A DNA stretch of 64,000 nucleotides, taken from positions 60,080,001 through 60,144,000 of the forward strand of contig NC_086097.1 in NCBI RefSeq assembly GCF_963921235.1, given 5' to 3'. This document shows positions 1 to 12,877 of this stretch, one piece after another; positions within the stretch are counted from its first letter, which is position 1; each line of letters begins with the position of its first letter. The DNA comes from Mobula hypostoma. Its lineage: Eukaryota. The notes under the pieces were generated by a model that made no database searches, had not been told where the DNA came from, and saw nothing but the letters and a program-made list of their open reading frames with translations. The translations under genes were made by a program, and so were the position numbers.

Positions 1-1265
1 AAAACAAATTTACCATAATAGCCTTGAGGATAAGTTCATTGAGAATATTTGGGATGTACTGAAAGGAATATGATGAAGAACCGGCCAGAATGCTGGCTGT
101 TTTTGTTCTGCACGTACACAATGTAATAAGATTAGTTAAAGCTTTCAGAATAAATTAGTAATCAGAGCATTTTAGAACCTCTAATTCAGTTTGAAGTTGA
201 GAACCTTGGGCTTGAAACTGGTAAACCAGTTTAAATAGAGACTATTACATAGGTAGAAGAATGGACATAGTTATAGTGGATTAGGAAAATCAATTAAACA
301 GTAAGATAGTAGCTCAGTAGTGGTAGACTTTCAAGGCGATAGCCTCTACCAAAGGGATACAATATGTTGTGACTGACTAAGATATTCAGGATGGCATTAT
401 TTTGAAAGGAAATGCAAAGAGTAGCAGGAGTTTGGTGGAATGGGACATTTTTAGTAACCTACATAGTTTGGACAAAGTTTAAATAAGAATAGTAAATGAA
501 AGCAAATAACATAAAAACAGGCAGTAGGAACTTTCAGATATGTAGAAACGGAAGAGTAGTAAACTACACATTGGTCACTTTGAGGATGAGACTAAAGAAC
601 TAGTAATAGAAATAGAGGAAGTAGCTACTTTGGATTGATTTTCAGAGTACAGGACAGTAAAACCATCCAAATAATGATTAATACATTTAGGGAAGATTTC
701 GGAAGATGGTTGTTTTACAGAGAGGGAGGTAAAAATGGAGCATTATAGGCTATGTAGAAGGGAAGGTTTAGATTGATCATGAAGTATGCTTATATGGGTT
801 TGTACAACATCATGGGCTGAAGGGTTTGTACTGTGCTATAGTGTTCAATATTCTATATTCATTACTAAAGAAAATGCAGTGGGCAAATTAGAACCAAAAG
901 CTGCAAATCCCTCTGGACCTGATGGCCTTCTAACAGCTGAAGAGAAATGGCTGCAAGAGGTAGAGGATATTTGGTTGCAATCTGGTGAATTCTCTAGGTT
1001 TTGGATAGATATTAATCTGCATGGAAAATAAAGGACTGGCGTGCAGTTAAGAAAGGAAACGGAATGTTGGCCATTATTGCAACACTGTTTGGAGTGTAAA
1101 AGTAAAAATATTTTGAAGCAACTTCACTGGGCAGTGGTGAGATCACACATTATATATTGCAGACAGTTTTGATCTACATATTTAAGCACTCATGGTGCTG
1201 CACTGCATTGGAGGCAGCACTGAAAACATTCACTATGTTGATTCACAGGAAGAAGGGGCTGATGC
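1..1265 (+). mobile_element. Old, heavily decayed CR1 LINE fragments
   Basis: Residual CR1 ORF2 motifs: GKL..KAANPSGPDGL near 880-930 (cf. LKVDKSPGPDG) and VKKGNGMLAII near 1045-1080 (cf. VKKANAMLAFI). Many indels. A separate CR1-type 3' tail lies at ~722-856. Confidence 0.55.
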
Positions 1266-2641
1266 CTGGATCACCTACCCTTAACTTTCAATGCCAATAT
1301 ATAAACACTATGATTAAACAGTAGCACTCTTGGTAACAATGAAAAACAACAATTATGTCTAATTTCGTTTATACTTTTTGCCACCTCTTTAAGTGAACTG
1401 CTGTCTGATCTAGGTTGTGAAGCTGTCTGATCAGCAGCATGCAATTTTTGACAATGGCTATTGACACTAATCTCCCCTTCCCTTCCGGCTATGTGGCACC
1501 ACCAACTCCAGCTAATTGCATTGTGTCAAACATTATTAATCCACCACCTAATAAAATCACTGGATAAACCTGTCATCTTACTTGTTGAAACACATTGGAG
1601 CACGTGCTTTGTGTTTGCCTGAAATATAAGATCATGTGCTCCAGATTTCAAATGCTACATGTAGATTAACATGTGCACCATGAAAATAATTATTCTGATT
1701 ACATTCAGTGTCCTGTGAGTAGTTCTTTACGTGTGGGCAAGCATGATGTTACATTCTCTTGCAGGACACTTTTCATATTACATTACAACCTGCGGAATTA
1801 CGTTACTAATTACTCTGTCTATATCCTTTCATAAAATATACATCTTGTAGATTTGTATTACCACCAGGCTTCCTGATCAATAAGCATAAAAAGATCTAAT
1901 ATAATATGGAAATACCTTTTTTCATATATTTCCATTGGATAACTAAATGATAATAGATGGGTTTCATTGCTTCAGATCTTCACCTCAAATAAATTTCATT
2001 TACTGCTTCAAATGTAAAACTGTATTTATGGACCCAAAGCAATAAAAATCATTCACTGTATCTGGAGGCTGTCATCTTCTATATTACTCAGCCTTTGTAA
2101 TTGTCAATTTGATATTATTGCACTCAAGTTTTGTTTGGTTTTTTTTGAGTGATTACTACTACTATATCGAATCCCTTGTGGAAATACTAAAAATGATTAC
2201 ATTCTAGGTAAAGCTATGAGTTTGACTTCAAAAGAGAAAGAACCCTCCACAATGCACAATAAAACTTGACATCCAATCAGATTTAGTACTTTAGCTACAT
2301 TATTCACATACAGGGCTAATCTTGTCAGCCTAGTTCCCTCTATGTGATTACGACACATCTGTACCAATTTCCTTGGCCTCATGCAACTAGTGTCCAGCAA
2401 TGCAGCATTATCTTCGAGCAAAAGCATGGCTTCTGGTGATGGAGTCAGGTGACCTCATCCCCCAAGAACTTTTGATAGGCAGCAAAACTCTGCCCCAATC
2501 TTTGTTCTGTACTTTTGATACTTTTTGAATTTCTGGTAAAATCATTTTCAAAATGAGTCAGATTGTTTTTATTGAAATAGTCTAAAACAGCTAATAAGTT
2601 AATAAATAATTAAAAATGTAAATAAATTAACCTTTGACTTA

Positions 2642-3223
2642 CACTTATTGCACACTTTATTAGGTACCTCCTGTACTTAAGTGGCCACTGAGTGCATGTT
2701 AATGTCTTCTGCTGCTGGAGCCCATCTACTTCTAGGTTCAATGTGTTGTGCGTTCAGAAACGCTGTTCTGCACACCATAGGTATAAAGTGTGGCTAGTTG
2801 ACTGGAAGTGTGGTCATTTCCAGTCCAGCCATTCTCCTCTGACCCCTCTCATTAAGAAGGTGCTTTAACCCACCACATTGTGCTCACTGGATGATTTTTG
2901 TTTTGTGCACCATGTTCTGTAAACTCTAGAGATTGTTGTGTGTGAAAATCCCAGTGGATCATCACACCACTGAGGTACACAAATCATCCTGTCTAGAACC
3001 AACACTCATTCCACGGTCAAAGTCACCTAGTTCACATTTCGGCCCCGGACTGATGTTTGGTCTGACGAACAAGTGAACTTTTGACCATTTCGGCATGATT
3101 TTATGCATTGAATTGCCACAACATGATTGGCTGAACAGATACTTATTAATTGCACTTGTACACCTGCTCGCTAGCATTCATGAACAGGAGAGCAAATGTA
3201 CCTAATAAAGTGGCCACAGAGTG
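2642..3223. mobile_element. Tc1/mariner-type non-autonomous DNA transposon (MITE)
   Basis: Imperfect ~26-bp TIRs (cacttattgcacactttattaggtac at 2642; gtacctaataaagtggccacagagtg at 3198-3223), flanked by TA at 2640-2641 and 3224-3225. No intact transposase ORF. Confidence 0.8.
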
Positions 3224-3509
3224 TATAACTCAATACCTACAATTCCAACTGAAATCAAAGAGTCTCAGACTGGACACCAGGTCTAACCTGCAAGAGGGGC
3301 CGAGAGATGATTCTACTGCTTAGCAATGAAGAAACTTACCAAGAATGGGCTCCATTGCTGGACACCGTATATGGAAGTCAAAGGGATATTGCAGTTAGAC
3401 CTTGGTAATTTTGATTAAGCAAAATTTGTTCTAAGAATGAGAACATCTTGCTTTTAACAAAGAGTGTTATAGAATCTAAGACATTAATAGTACAGTAACC
3501 TCTCAGAGT

Positions 3510-4205
3510 CAAAGATTCAAAGTACATTTATTATCAAAGTATGTATGCAGTATACAACCCTGAGATTTGTCTTCCCCCAGACAGCCACTAAACAAAAACC
3601 ATGGAACCCATTCAAAACAAAACATCAAACCCCCAACATGTAAAATAAAAACAAATCACGCGAAGTGAAAAAGAACAAAAAGTAACACAGACTATAAAAC
3701 ATCAAACCACAAAGCCACAAAACAGTCTGGGACTGCTCAGTTCAGATCAATCTAGCACTGTATCATTCAGTAACTTCAGGCCGTGGAGCTAGTCCACCCT
3801 GATCAAAATAACAAAAAAGGAGCACCCAGAAAGCAGAAACACATCATAACATGATCTACTGAGTCCAAACCACATCGATTAAACCTTGCCCAAAACCCAC
3901 GACTCCAGCACTATCGAACGAGAGGGAGAGGAAGACTGATCGAATGAGGGCAACTTCCTCAGGGAGCAGTGAGCAAGAATGAGAGAAAGGTTGGTCAAAC
4001 GCAAGCAAACCTCACGGAACTCCTTCAGAGACAGCAAAGCACCAGATCGCTCAACTGGCCCAAAACACACCATCAAACTGTAGATCACAGGATCCAACAG
4101 TAGCAGAATCATATTTGAAATAAGCAGCAAAAGAGGTGAAAGTAGCAGTTTTGTGAACTGTCTGAAGAATGTCACCTTTGGTCACATTGTTTGTTGATGC
4201 CATTG
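3510..4205 (-). mobile_element. Non-coding retroposon with a Rex-type 3' tail
   Basis: The left end, read on the minus strand, is the tail ...tactttgataataaatgtactttgaa, as at 6140-6170 and 63728-63760. The body shows no RT homology. The 5' boundary is approximate. Confidence 0.5.
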
Positions 4206-4350
4206 CTGTGCCTGACTACACTTCTGACTGTATATTCTCAGATACTGACCAAGTCTGTCAGTTTAGATTATAATTGGAGACTAGCGTACTTATATGACTA
4301 AATATTTTATCTCAGGCATAACCTGATTTCTAAACCTTGATATATCCAAG

Positions 4351-4471
4351 CAACACACATCAAAGTTGCTGGTGAACACAGCAGGTCAGGCAGCATCTCT
4401 AGGAAGAGGTACAATTGACATTTCAGGCCGAGCGCCTTCGTCAGGACTAACTGAAGGAAGAGTTAGTAAGA
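4351..4471 (-). mobile_element. Short Penelope-like element (pLTR end)
   Basis: Perfect 12-bp TSD gatatatccaag at 4339-4350 and 4472-4483. Carries a hammerhead-type motif on the minus strand. Confidence 0.8.
4412..4449 (-). ncRNA. Minimal type I hammerhead ribozyme motif (partly decayed)
   Basis: The minus strand reads aguc-CUGACGA-AGGC(GCUCG)GCCU-GAAA-U-GUC-aauu: intact core boxes, a 4-bp stem II and a GUC cleavage triplet. Stems I and III are weakened. Confidence 0.6.
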
Positions 4472-4914
4472 GATATATCCAAGTTATTTTTTAACAGCTT
4501 TGTTATGACTTGATAAAAATGGTTATTTTGTGTCCACGATCAACTTCCATCCTGATTATGCAGCTTCTTAGAGGAACAGTGATAACAATTAACATATGGA
4601 CTAATTGCATTACTGGCTAAAATATGACAAAAATGATTTAAGATAATTTATAGCTGGCAGTCTAGTAACACTACAAAATGCTAAATATTGACTAACATGT
4701 TTTTTAATTTAGTTGTTAAATTTTTAGTGAAAAGATTATAGCTTAAGGTAGTTTGCATCATACTTAAGAAGCTTCTTTTGGTTTAAATTTGATCATAATT
4801 CAGTTCTATATGTAATCTGCTCACGAACATTACAATGATAATGAACAGATTGCATTACTGGAGAGGTTAGGATAGTATGATGCACAGAGTAAATGTGAAT
4901 TTAACACCACTGAC

Positions 4915-5057
4915 AGAAAGCAGCATTCATCATCGGGGACCCCACCTCCTAAGCTACGCTGTTTTCTCACTACTCCCGTCAAGAGGAAGGTACAGGAGCC
5001 TCAGGGCCCAAACCACTAAGTACAGGAACAGTTATAACTGCTCAGCCATTGGGCTCT
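4915..5057 (+). mobile_element. Rex1/Babar LINE C-terminal fragment
   Basis: Translates to FSLLPSRGRYRSLRAQTTKYRNSY, homologous to the 51139-51369 C-terminus. Confidence 0.65.
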
Positions 5058-6171
5058 AATGCCATATTTAAGTTTGCTGATGATACCACCGTTACTGGCT
5101 GAATCAACAATAGTGGCAATCAGCATATAGGAGGGAGATAGAAAATCTAGCTAAGTGGTGCTACAGCAACAACCCCTCATCAATGTTAGTAGGAGGTCTA
5201 TGAGCCAGTCCTCCTCAGGGGATCAGAGATGGAAAGGGTCAGCAACTTTAAATTCCTCAGTGTTATCATTTCAAAAGATTTTCCACTGCACCCGGAAATA
5301 AGTGCAATTACATAGTAAGCACAGAAACCCCTCTACTTTCTGAGAAGTTTACAGAGATTCTGCATGACATCTAGAACTTTGCCAAACTTCGATAGATGTG
5401 TGGTGGAGAGTATACTGACTGTCTGCATCACAGCCTGGAGTGGAAATAGCAATACCCTTGAATGGAAAATCCTAAAAGAAATTGTGGATTCGGTCCAGTC
5501 CATCATGGGTAAAGCAGTCCCCACCATTGAGCACATCCGCATGGAGCACTGTCGCTGGAAAGCAGCAGCCACGATCAAGGACCCCCACCACCCAGACCAT
5601 GCTCTTTTCACTGCTGCCATTCAGAAGGAGGTACAGGAGCATCAGGACTCATACCATCAGGTTCAGGAACAGTTACTACCCCCCAACCATCAGGCTTTTG
5701 AACCAGAGGGGATCACTTCACTCAACCCATCACTGAAATGTTTCTACAACCTATGGACTTACTTTCATAGGCCCTTATTTTCAGGTTCTCAATATTTATT
5801 GCTTGCTTATTTATTATTATATATTTTTTTTCCTTTTGTATTGCATAGTTTGCTGTCTTTTGCACATTGGTTGTTTGTTCATCTAGCACTGTATCATTCG
5901 GTAACTTCAGGCCGTGGAGCTAGTCCACCCTGATCAAAATAGCAACAAAAAAGGAGCAACCAGTTGGGTGTGGTATTTCATTGATTCTATTATGTTTCTT
6001 GGATTTACTGTGTAGGCCAGCAAGAAAACAAATCTTAGAATTGAATTTATTCCTTAACATCCTTCAAATACATGAGTGTAAAAACCTTTACATTACATCT
6101 CTGCTCAAATCTTAGGGTTGTTATATGGTGACATATTTGTACTTTGATAAGAAATTTACTTTGAACTTTGA
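5058..6171 (+). mobile_element. 5'-truncated Rex1/Babar LINE
   Basis: Motifs IFKFADDTTV at ~5065, RCVVESILTVCITAW and IKDPHHPDH. The 3' UTR ends tttactttgaactttga. Two small insertions sit in the UTR. Confidence 0.85.
6039..6105 (-). mobile_element. 67-bp LINE 3'-tail insertion
   Basis: 10-bp TSD caaatcttag at 6029-6038 and 6106-6115. The minus strand ends ...ggaataaattcaatt. Confidence 0.7.
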
Positions 6172-6864
6172 TATGAATTCAGCAATAATTGACTAACCAA
6201 GCTACATTTAAACAATGTATTAAGATATTACAAGCAATAATTATATTATTTTATTTCAGTGTGCTGCCATTACTCAGTCCCTGCCACTAAGCAGATTAAA
6301 ATATGTATCCTGTTGCTGACATGACAAACATTGACACATAATGTAGTCCTGATCATCACAGTATGGGAACAGCAATTATAACAAAAAGACTTCTTTTGAC
6401 TATTACTCAATATTTGAGGAGGTGTACAAGTCCAAAGATAATAAATGAAAGGATTAATTTGTGAATATTGCAAGCTATGTTTTTCAGAAGCTATCTCATT
6501 GATGATTAAATATCTTTTAGTATTTCTATTCAATCTAAAATATCAATATGTTCTTTCAGGTTATTTCCTGTCCCCCACTTACAAATGTGCTAGTGTACTG
6601 GTTTAATATCTTATTTAAATATGCTGACCCCCATTTCTGCTGGCAAAGCAATCTGCTCACAGCTGTGTCTGGAGTTCTCCCAGCAGTGTCAACAGTCACC
6701 ATAGACTCAGACATTCATGGCCTTTGGATGCAATGTTTCTTCAATCAATGAACAAGTAAGACACCACAAAATTCTTTGGTGAATAAGCTTACCAGCCAGA
6801 GACATCCCCCCACTTCCTCCTTTCCGATGAAGATGACCTTGTCTTTGCTCCTCTTCCTACTGGA

Positions 6865-7256
6865 TGTCATGGTCCCTTCTGGCAATCCCCCCACCTTGCC
6901 ATTTATCTCAGCAATTGGGCCTCAATCACCTCATTTAATTTCCAATCATTCCCAGGTTCCACTAATGACACACACTTGTTTCCCATCAGAAACTGCAGGA
7001 TAAAGACCCTGTGATCACAACTAGGAGCTGCCAGTTCATTGGTCGACTCGTGTATGAGTAACCTTGTTCCATGGTTCTTCGGATTATCAGTTCTAAGCCT
7101 AGTATTGTCCCTGAATTCTCTACGAAAACCAAGACTCCGGATAAAGACTCTCTTGGACGCCAATTCCACACTCGCTAAGACCGTAACACCTCCCGACTAG
7201 GCCTCCGCGCCTGTGTTCAGCACTTGGGTTCATTCCACCGCCACATCCTTACAACA
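6865..7256 (+). mobile_element. Solo LTR (Gypsy-like)
   Basis: TG...CA ends (tgtcat...caaca). Perfect 5-bp TSD ctgga at 6860-6864 and 7257-7261. A poly(A)-signal-like ataaag lies near 7141. Confidence 0.8.
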
Positions 7257-7649
7257 CTGGACAATGATCAATACACTTAATGTTGTTCACGAAAAAAAAA
7301 TGGCCGCTTTAAAATCAACTAGATATATTGCAATGTATCTCTTTGTAGTTCATCCCTTTGTAGTCTGCTCCAAATGATCTTCCAGAAAACTAGCAAGGAA
7401 CTGATGATCCTTTAAAAGGTACATGCCTCTTACAATCACAAACATTCAAAAACTATTAAAGATAATTGCATTAATTAAGATTCATAATATATGTTTAAAA
7501 TGAAAATTCACAAATATTAAAGAAATTAGATACAAGTAAGTCAACACATTTGATACAAGGCTGAATGCTGATTTAAGTGGGTAACCTGATTCCAGGTTCT
7601 CCAAATTCAATATATCAAGATTCCATAGGTACTTAACTGTTTTAGTAAA

Positions 7650-7830
7650 GTCCCCTCACTCTTCTAAACTCGAGTGGATGCAAGCCTAACCATATTTTTC
7701 TTATAAGGAAATCCACTTATCCCGGGCATTAGCTCGCAAAACTTCTCGAAACTGTTTCTGATACATGATCATCTTTCCTTAAATCCCGTACCCTTACTCC
7801 AGATATGGCTTCATCAATGCCCTATAATTG
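7650..7830 (-). mobile_element. Decayed CR1 3' coding fragment
   Basis: Resembles 13720-13915 (cccctca-tcttctaaactc ... tactcca ... tcatcaatgccctata). Confidence 0.5.
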
Positions 7831-9226
7831 GAGTGCGATTTTCCTGGAAGTCTGTTATCTTAATTAGAAATGATAATATTCTGTCAGATTTTCCAGATGA
7901 TAAGTGATCAAGACATTGTGCAAATCAGAACAAGGGTAGCAGAGTTTTAAATATCATGTATTTACAAAAAGTAGAACAAGATGCTGGCGAGGAGTGAATT
8001 AGAATAGCCAAGCGTACTGTAGCATAAACATAAATATTTCAGCAGCAGCCAAACAGATATAAAACTTTTGAAAATTTTCACTGAGATTACAATAGTCTAG
8101 TTCAGTTCTGTTCAGTTCCTAGGCAGAATGATATTGTTTGTGACTCGGGAACATAGTACATTAGGGAGGCTGTGGACAATAATATGTCTTTTCCCGATAG
8201 TGAATTGGAGAAAGTATCCACTCATTCAGTGCTGAGTCCACCCAAAGTGTTTGAGAACTTAAGGACTATGGAGAGGTCAGCAAATGTGGCTGTTGGGAAA
8301 ATCTGGTTTGGTTTTCATCAATTTAGCAATTAAACCTTGGTCTCCACTTCAAGCTATATTCCTTAATCATTGGCTCCTTCCCTTCCAGGGCAGCTCTGAG
8401 GCTAAACTGGATTATTCACAACCAGAATACCATAGCTGATCTTGCAACATTATTGACTACACAGCTGGGATATCTATTTTCTTCTACACTAGAAGCTGCC
8501 TCAGCTCATCTGTTTCTAAAGATCTCATCCATATCTTTGTTACTGCTGACCCAATGCCTGACTGACCACCTCCCACATTCTAACCAACAAAACCGTAAGG
8601 TCATCCAGTACTCTTGTCCAATTACTGCTGGTGATCTAGTCTGCATCTTATTCTATTTACACACCACCGCTACATTCACAACTGTTTAGGCAGGGTATAT
8701 TTCAATTTCTTATTGTTTTCTTCATATCCCTCAAAAGCTTTGTTGGCTCAGTATTCGGAAATCTATTTTAGCCCTGTACCTATTCAAGTTCCAGTCTTGA
8801 ATTTTGTTTGTTTGGCTATTGATAGACATGCCCTCACCTTCCATTGGCCCAAATTTCGGAATCAGAACCAAGTTTTTCACTGACATATCTTGTGAAATTT
8901 GTTATTATCTGACAGCAGTATAACACATGACATCAGGAAGAAGTCTCTTTAGGTTAAAAATAAAGAGTGCAAAAGAAGAATAATGAGGTTGTGTTCTTAT
9001 ACGTTCATGGACCATTCAAACATCTGATGTTGGAGGGGAAGAAGCTGTCCCTGAAATGTTGAATGTTGGTCTCCAGGCTCCAATGGCAATAATGAGAAGA
9101 TGCCTTGTCCTGGATTTTGAGAGTTCTTAATGATTGATGCCAGCTTCCTGAGGCACTGCCTTTTGAAGATGACTTCAATGGCAGGGAGTATTCTGTGCCT
9201 GTGACAGAACCAGCTGAATCTGCAAC

Positions 9227-9624
9227 TGTCACAACCACATACTGAGCCATGACGTTTGCGTGTCCTTGAAAACAAGCCGCAGAATGGGTTTGGCGCTCAT
9301 GAGTATGCGTGTTCCAGACAAATAATATTTCACTGTGGTGGTATTTAACTCCACAGCAATGGTCTACTTACCATTGTCCTAGTTTCAAGAAAGAAGACTA
9401 CCATTTAGACTGATACAGTTAAGGAGAAGAATTTATTTAGTAACAATCCACGACTGCTGAACAGCTGTATCAGCGTTAGTTTTTGTTTGAATGTTATAGT
9501 TAATGACAGGTTGACCTAGCATTTATTTTCCCACCTTTATTTATGCACAGTTTCCATTAAAAGTTAGTGAACTGTTAGTGAACTTCAGTCTCTTTCTCTC
9601 AGCACTGGGGCCATTTACCTGACA
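9227..9624 (+). repeat. LTR family A, 5' copy
   Basis: tgtca...tgaca ends. Shares blocks with 12878-13223 (gtttgcgtgtcct; gagtatgc..gttccag; ttgtcct.gtttca.gaaaga; agtgaactgtt). Confidence 0.75.
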
Positions 9625-9763
9625 GCAAAAAAGGAAGTAAGTTACAGTCAGTTGAAGCTGTGTTAGGAGAAGTGACTCAAGCAGTGCAGCAGATAATCAC
9701 AGATAATAAGCCCAGTCCAGACCCAAGAATCTGCAGGAGAAACTAAAATCTGTATTTTCTCAG

Positions 9764-10266
9764 TGTCACCTCATGGGTATGCATTGTCTTTCGATGATTT
9801 ATCTTTTATGTCTAATTGTTTGTCTTTGGACTGGCTCTGGTTTTTCACTTTGTTTTGCAGGTGTCTCAGTTGGGATCATGGGGCTGTTAAGCTCTCTTTA
9901 TATTTATCACTTTTATTCAATATGAGATAATTCAATTAGTGTGGTATTTTCAATGTTTTGTACTGTAGTTGCTGGCTTTGTGGATTATTGCATCATCTGG
10001 ATACTTACATTATCTGATTCCTCTGGAATTTCTATATGATCCAGTGTACATTTCAGAGGGGCATACCAACTCCTCTTTGTTGTGTCATTATGGTTCCCAG
10101 CTGGATGAAACTCAGACTGAGTTCTTCTGTGTATCAAGAGAGATTTCAGTTCGTTAAGATTCTGTGCAGTGTTCCTGAACTCTTGTTATCTTTTTCAAGT
10201 TAATTTCTGTTATAAATCATTAGCTTTGTTTTAGTCCTGCACTTGAGTTTGCTAGTGACCCTTACA
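9764..10266 (+). repeat. LTR family B
   Basis: tgtca...cttaca ends. Colinear with 56460-56581 plus 57741-58012, the LTR that follows the chromoviral integrase there. No TSD found. Confidence 0.7.
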
Positions 10267-10289
10267 GTTCTTCCCTGACCAAGCAAACT

Positions 10290-10844
10290 CCTGCTGAACA
10301 ATTTGTCCAATGCTACAAGCTCGCGTGGAGATGTGCCAGAGCTGCTCTGCTGTGCACTCAGAAACAACATGGCCTGCTGGCTAATCGACTTTGCTGACAG
10401 GCGTGGCCTCTTAAGCCAGTAGAGAAACTCTGGTGGGTATCTAGGGCTCCTCCCTTGAAAGTCAGGAGCTACAAGTTTGACCTATGCTACGTGAGACCAT
10501 TTGTATTGCAAAGGCTATCAACAAGGACTCATATAGATTGTGCTTACCATCATCAATGAAGATTTACCCCAGCTCAAGCCAGTGACTTTCTCCCCCTTGC
10601 TCCGGTCAACTTCCCTTCCCCTCTTCCCGCTTGATGGATGGGTTCCTGTTCTATTCTATGCAGCACCTCCTGGCATACTACTGGTTGTGAGGCAGGGTCC
10701 AGTACCTCATGGATTGGGAGGGATATGGCCCAGAGAAACATTCTTGAGATCAGGCTCATGTGATCCTGAACAAGGCTCTCTCTGGGACTTCCAGCAGGGC
10801 CAAGTCTCTGGTGCCTCAGAAGCTGCACCAAGGGAGGAGTGCCC
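10290..10844 (+). pseudogene. Gypsy integrase C-terminus plus chromodomain remnant
   Basis: Translates to GRVQYLMDWEGYGPEKHS* at ~10690-10747, matching the chromovirus motif QYLVDWEGYGPEERSW. Confidence 0.8.
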
Positions 10845-10849
10845 TGTCA

Positions 10850-12875
10850 AATTCAAGTTCATGTTTAAGTTTATTGTCAACTGACATACATATATATACA
10901 ATCAAATGAAACAATGTTTCTCCAGACCACAATGCACCCACATAACATATATCACACACAACATATAAAACTAAATATACTATAAATAAGTCAATAAAAT
11001 ATAATTCTCTTTCTAATATTTTTATTAATTTATATATATAAGAATACAGAGTACAGGAAAAAAAATATATGTCAATATATTAAATAGCATATGAAGACTC
11101 CTTACCCTATATTCGTACAAGTCAATTAGTTTGTAAAATTGAATAATAATAATTTTATTATATAAAAAATTCTAACCCACTACCAAGACCGAAGCTGATT
11201 AGTAGAAAAAAAAGAAAAAAAGATTTTTAGTCATCATCTGTGCTTTAACAGCAAATCAAAGGTTTTGAAAATAATTCAGAAAAGGTCCCCACAATGTTTG
11301 AAAGTCTTGATTAGATTCAAAGATTGAACATCAAATCTTCTCTAAATCTAAACATGACACGACATCACATAACCATTGGGCATGAATAGGAGGGGCCACA
11401 TCTTTGCATTTAAGCAAGAGCGTCCTTCTGGCTATGAGAGACATAAAAGCCAAAATGTGCAAATCAGATGGCTACAAAATAATATCCTTTCCTCCATCAA
11501 TACCAAATAAAGCGGTCAAAGGATTAGGTTTGAAATTTACTTTAAAAAGTATCGAAAAGGTTTGAAATACTTCTTTCCAATATTTTCCAAGACTTGGACG
11601 TGTCCAAAACATATGAATGAGTGAAGCTTCTCCATTATTACATTTATCAGAATACGGAGATACATCTAAATAAAAACAAGACAACTTATCCTTTGTCATA
11701 TGGGCCCTATGGACCACTTTAAATTGAAGGAGAGTGTGACGGGCACATAACGATGAAGTGTTGACCAATTAAAAAACTTGAATTTTTAAAAAAAATTTCC
11801 TCAGAAATTGAAATCTGTAAATCTTGTTCCAAAAGCTTTTTAATTTTGTCTAAATGAACACTTCTCATTCCCTACAGCATATTATAAATATTAGGTATAG
11901 ATCCATTATATAAAGGTTTCAGATTAAAGATTACATCTAGTAGATTCTTATCAGGACTTTTAGGAAATGTACTTATTTGAGACCATAAAAAAAATCCCTT
12001 ATTTGTAGATATTGATAAAAATGCATTTTGGGTAAACTATATTTAGTTGACAATTGTTCAAACAAAAAAAGACTTCCCTCTACAGACAAGTCCTGAAAGC
12101 ATTTAACACCTAATCTATCCCATTCTTTAAAAGCCATCTCAATCATAGAGGGTTTAAAAAAAATTAGAAAAAATGGATGAAATATAATTCAAAATGCAGC
12201 ACAGGAAAACAGTAAATGGTAAACAGCTCGCTGTCCTAGTGAGGAGACGTCAGTGGTGGCAAGGTTTCTATTAGTCTCACAGCCTGAGGGAACCAGCCTA
12301 GCAGTCCTAGTCCTGATGCTTCTGTACCTCCTTCCTGATGGTCAAAGAGATTATGGGATGGGTGGAAGGGATCATCAACAATGCTTTGAGTTCTTCCTCT
12401 GCAACACTCACAGTAAATGTCTCAAAAGGGGTGACGGAAACTTCGATGAACCTCTCAACAGTTCTTACTGTCCTCTGTATGGCTCAATACCTTGCAAATC
12501 AATGATGCAGCACAATCAGGATACTCTCTATGGTGCTTTTGTAGAAAATTGTTAGAATGGGGGCAGGAAGACTTGCACACCTCAGTCTCCTCAGGAAGTG
12601 TGGATGCTGCTATGCTCTCTTGACTAATGAGGAGTTGCTGTGGATCCAGGTTAGATCATCCATTATGTGCACACCCAAGAACTTTATGCTCTTCACTCTC
12701 TCCATGGCAGTGCAGTTGATGTGTAATGGAGAGTGGTCGACCTGTGCCTTCCTGAAGTCCACAATCATCTCTTCTGTCTTGCCCATGTTGAGACTCAGGT
12801 TGTTATTCTCACATCTTTTGACAAGTCTCTCTTCCTCCTGTCCATATGCTGAATCATCATTGTTACTGCTGAGGC
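10850..12875 (-). mobile_element. 5'-truncated Rex1/Babar LINE interrupted by L1
   Basis: 3' tail at 10850 (ttcaagttc...tttattgtca). Minus-strand RT C-terminal motifs at 12500-12870 (NNLSLNMGKTEEMIVDFRK). Confidence 0.8.
11008..12179 (-). mobile_element. 5'-truncated L1 (fish-type) 3' end
   Basis: 11-bp TSD aaatataattc at 10997-11007 and 12180-12190. ORF 11472-11768 (SSLCARHTLLQFKVVHRAHM...SLIHMFW) is homologous to L1 ORF2 at 47239-47595. Confidence 0.9.
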
Positions 12876-12877
12876 TT

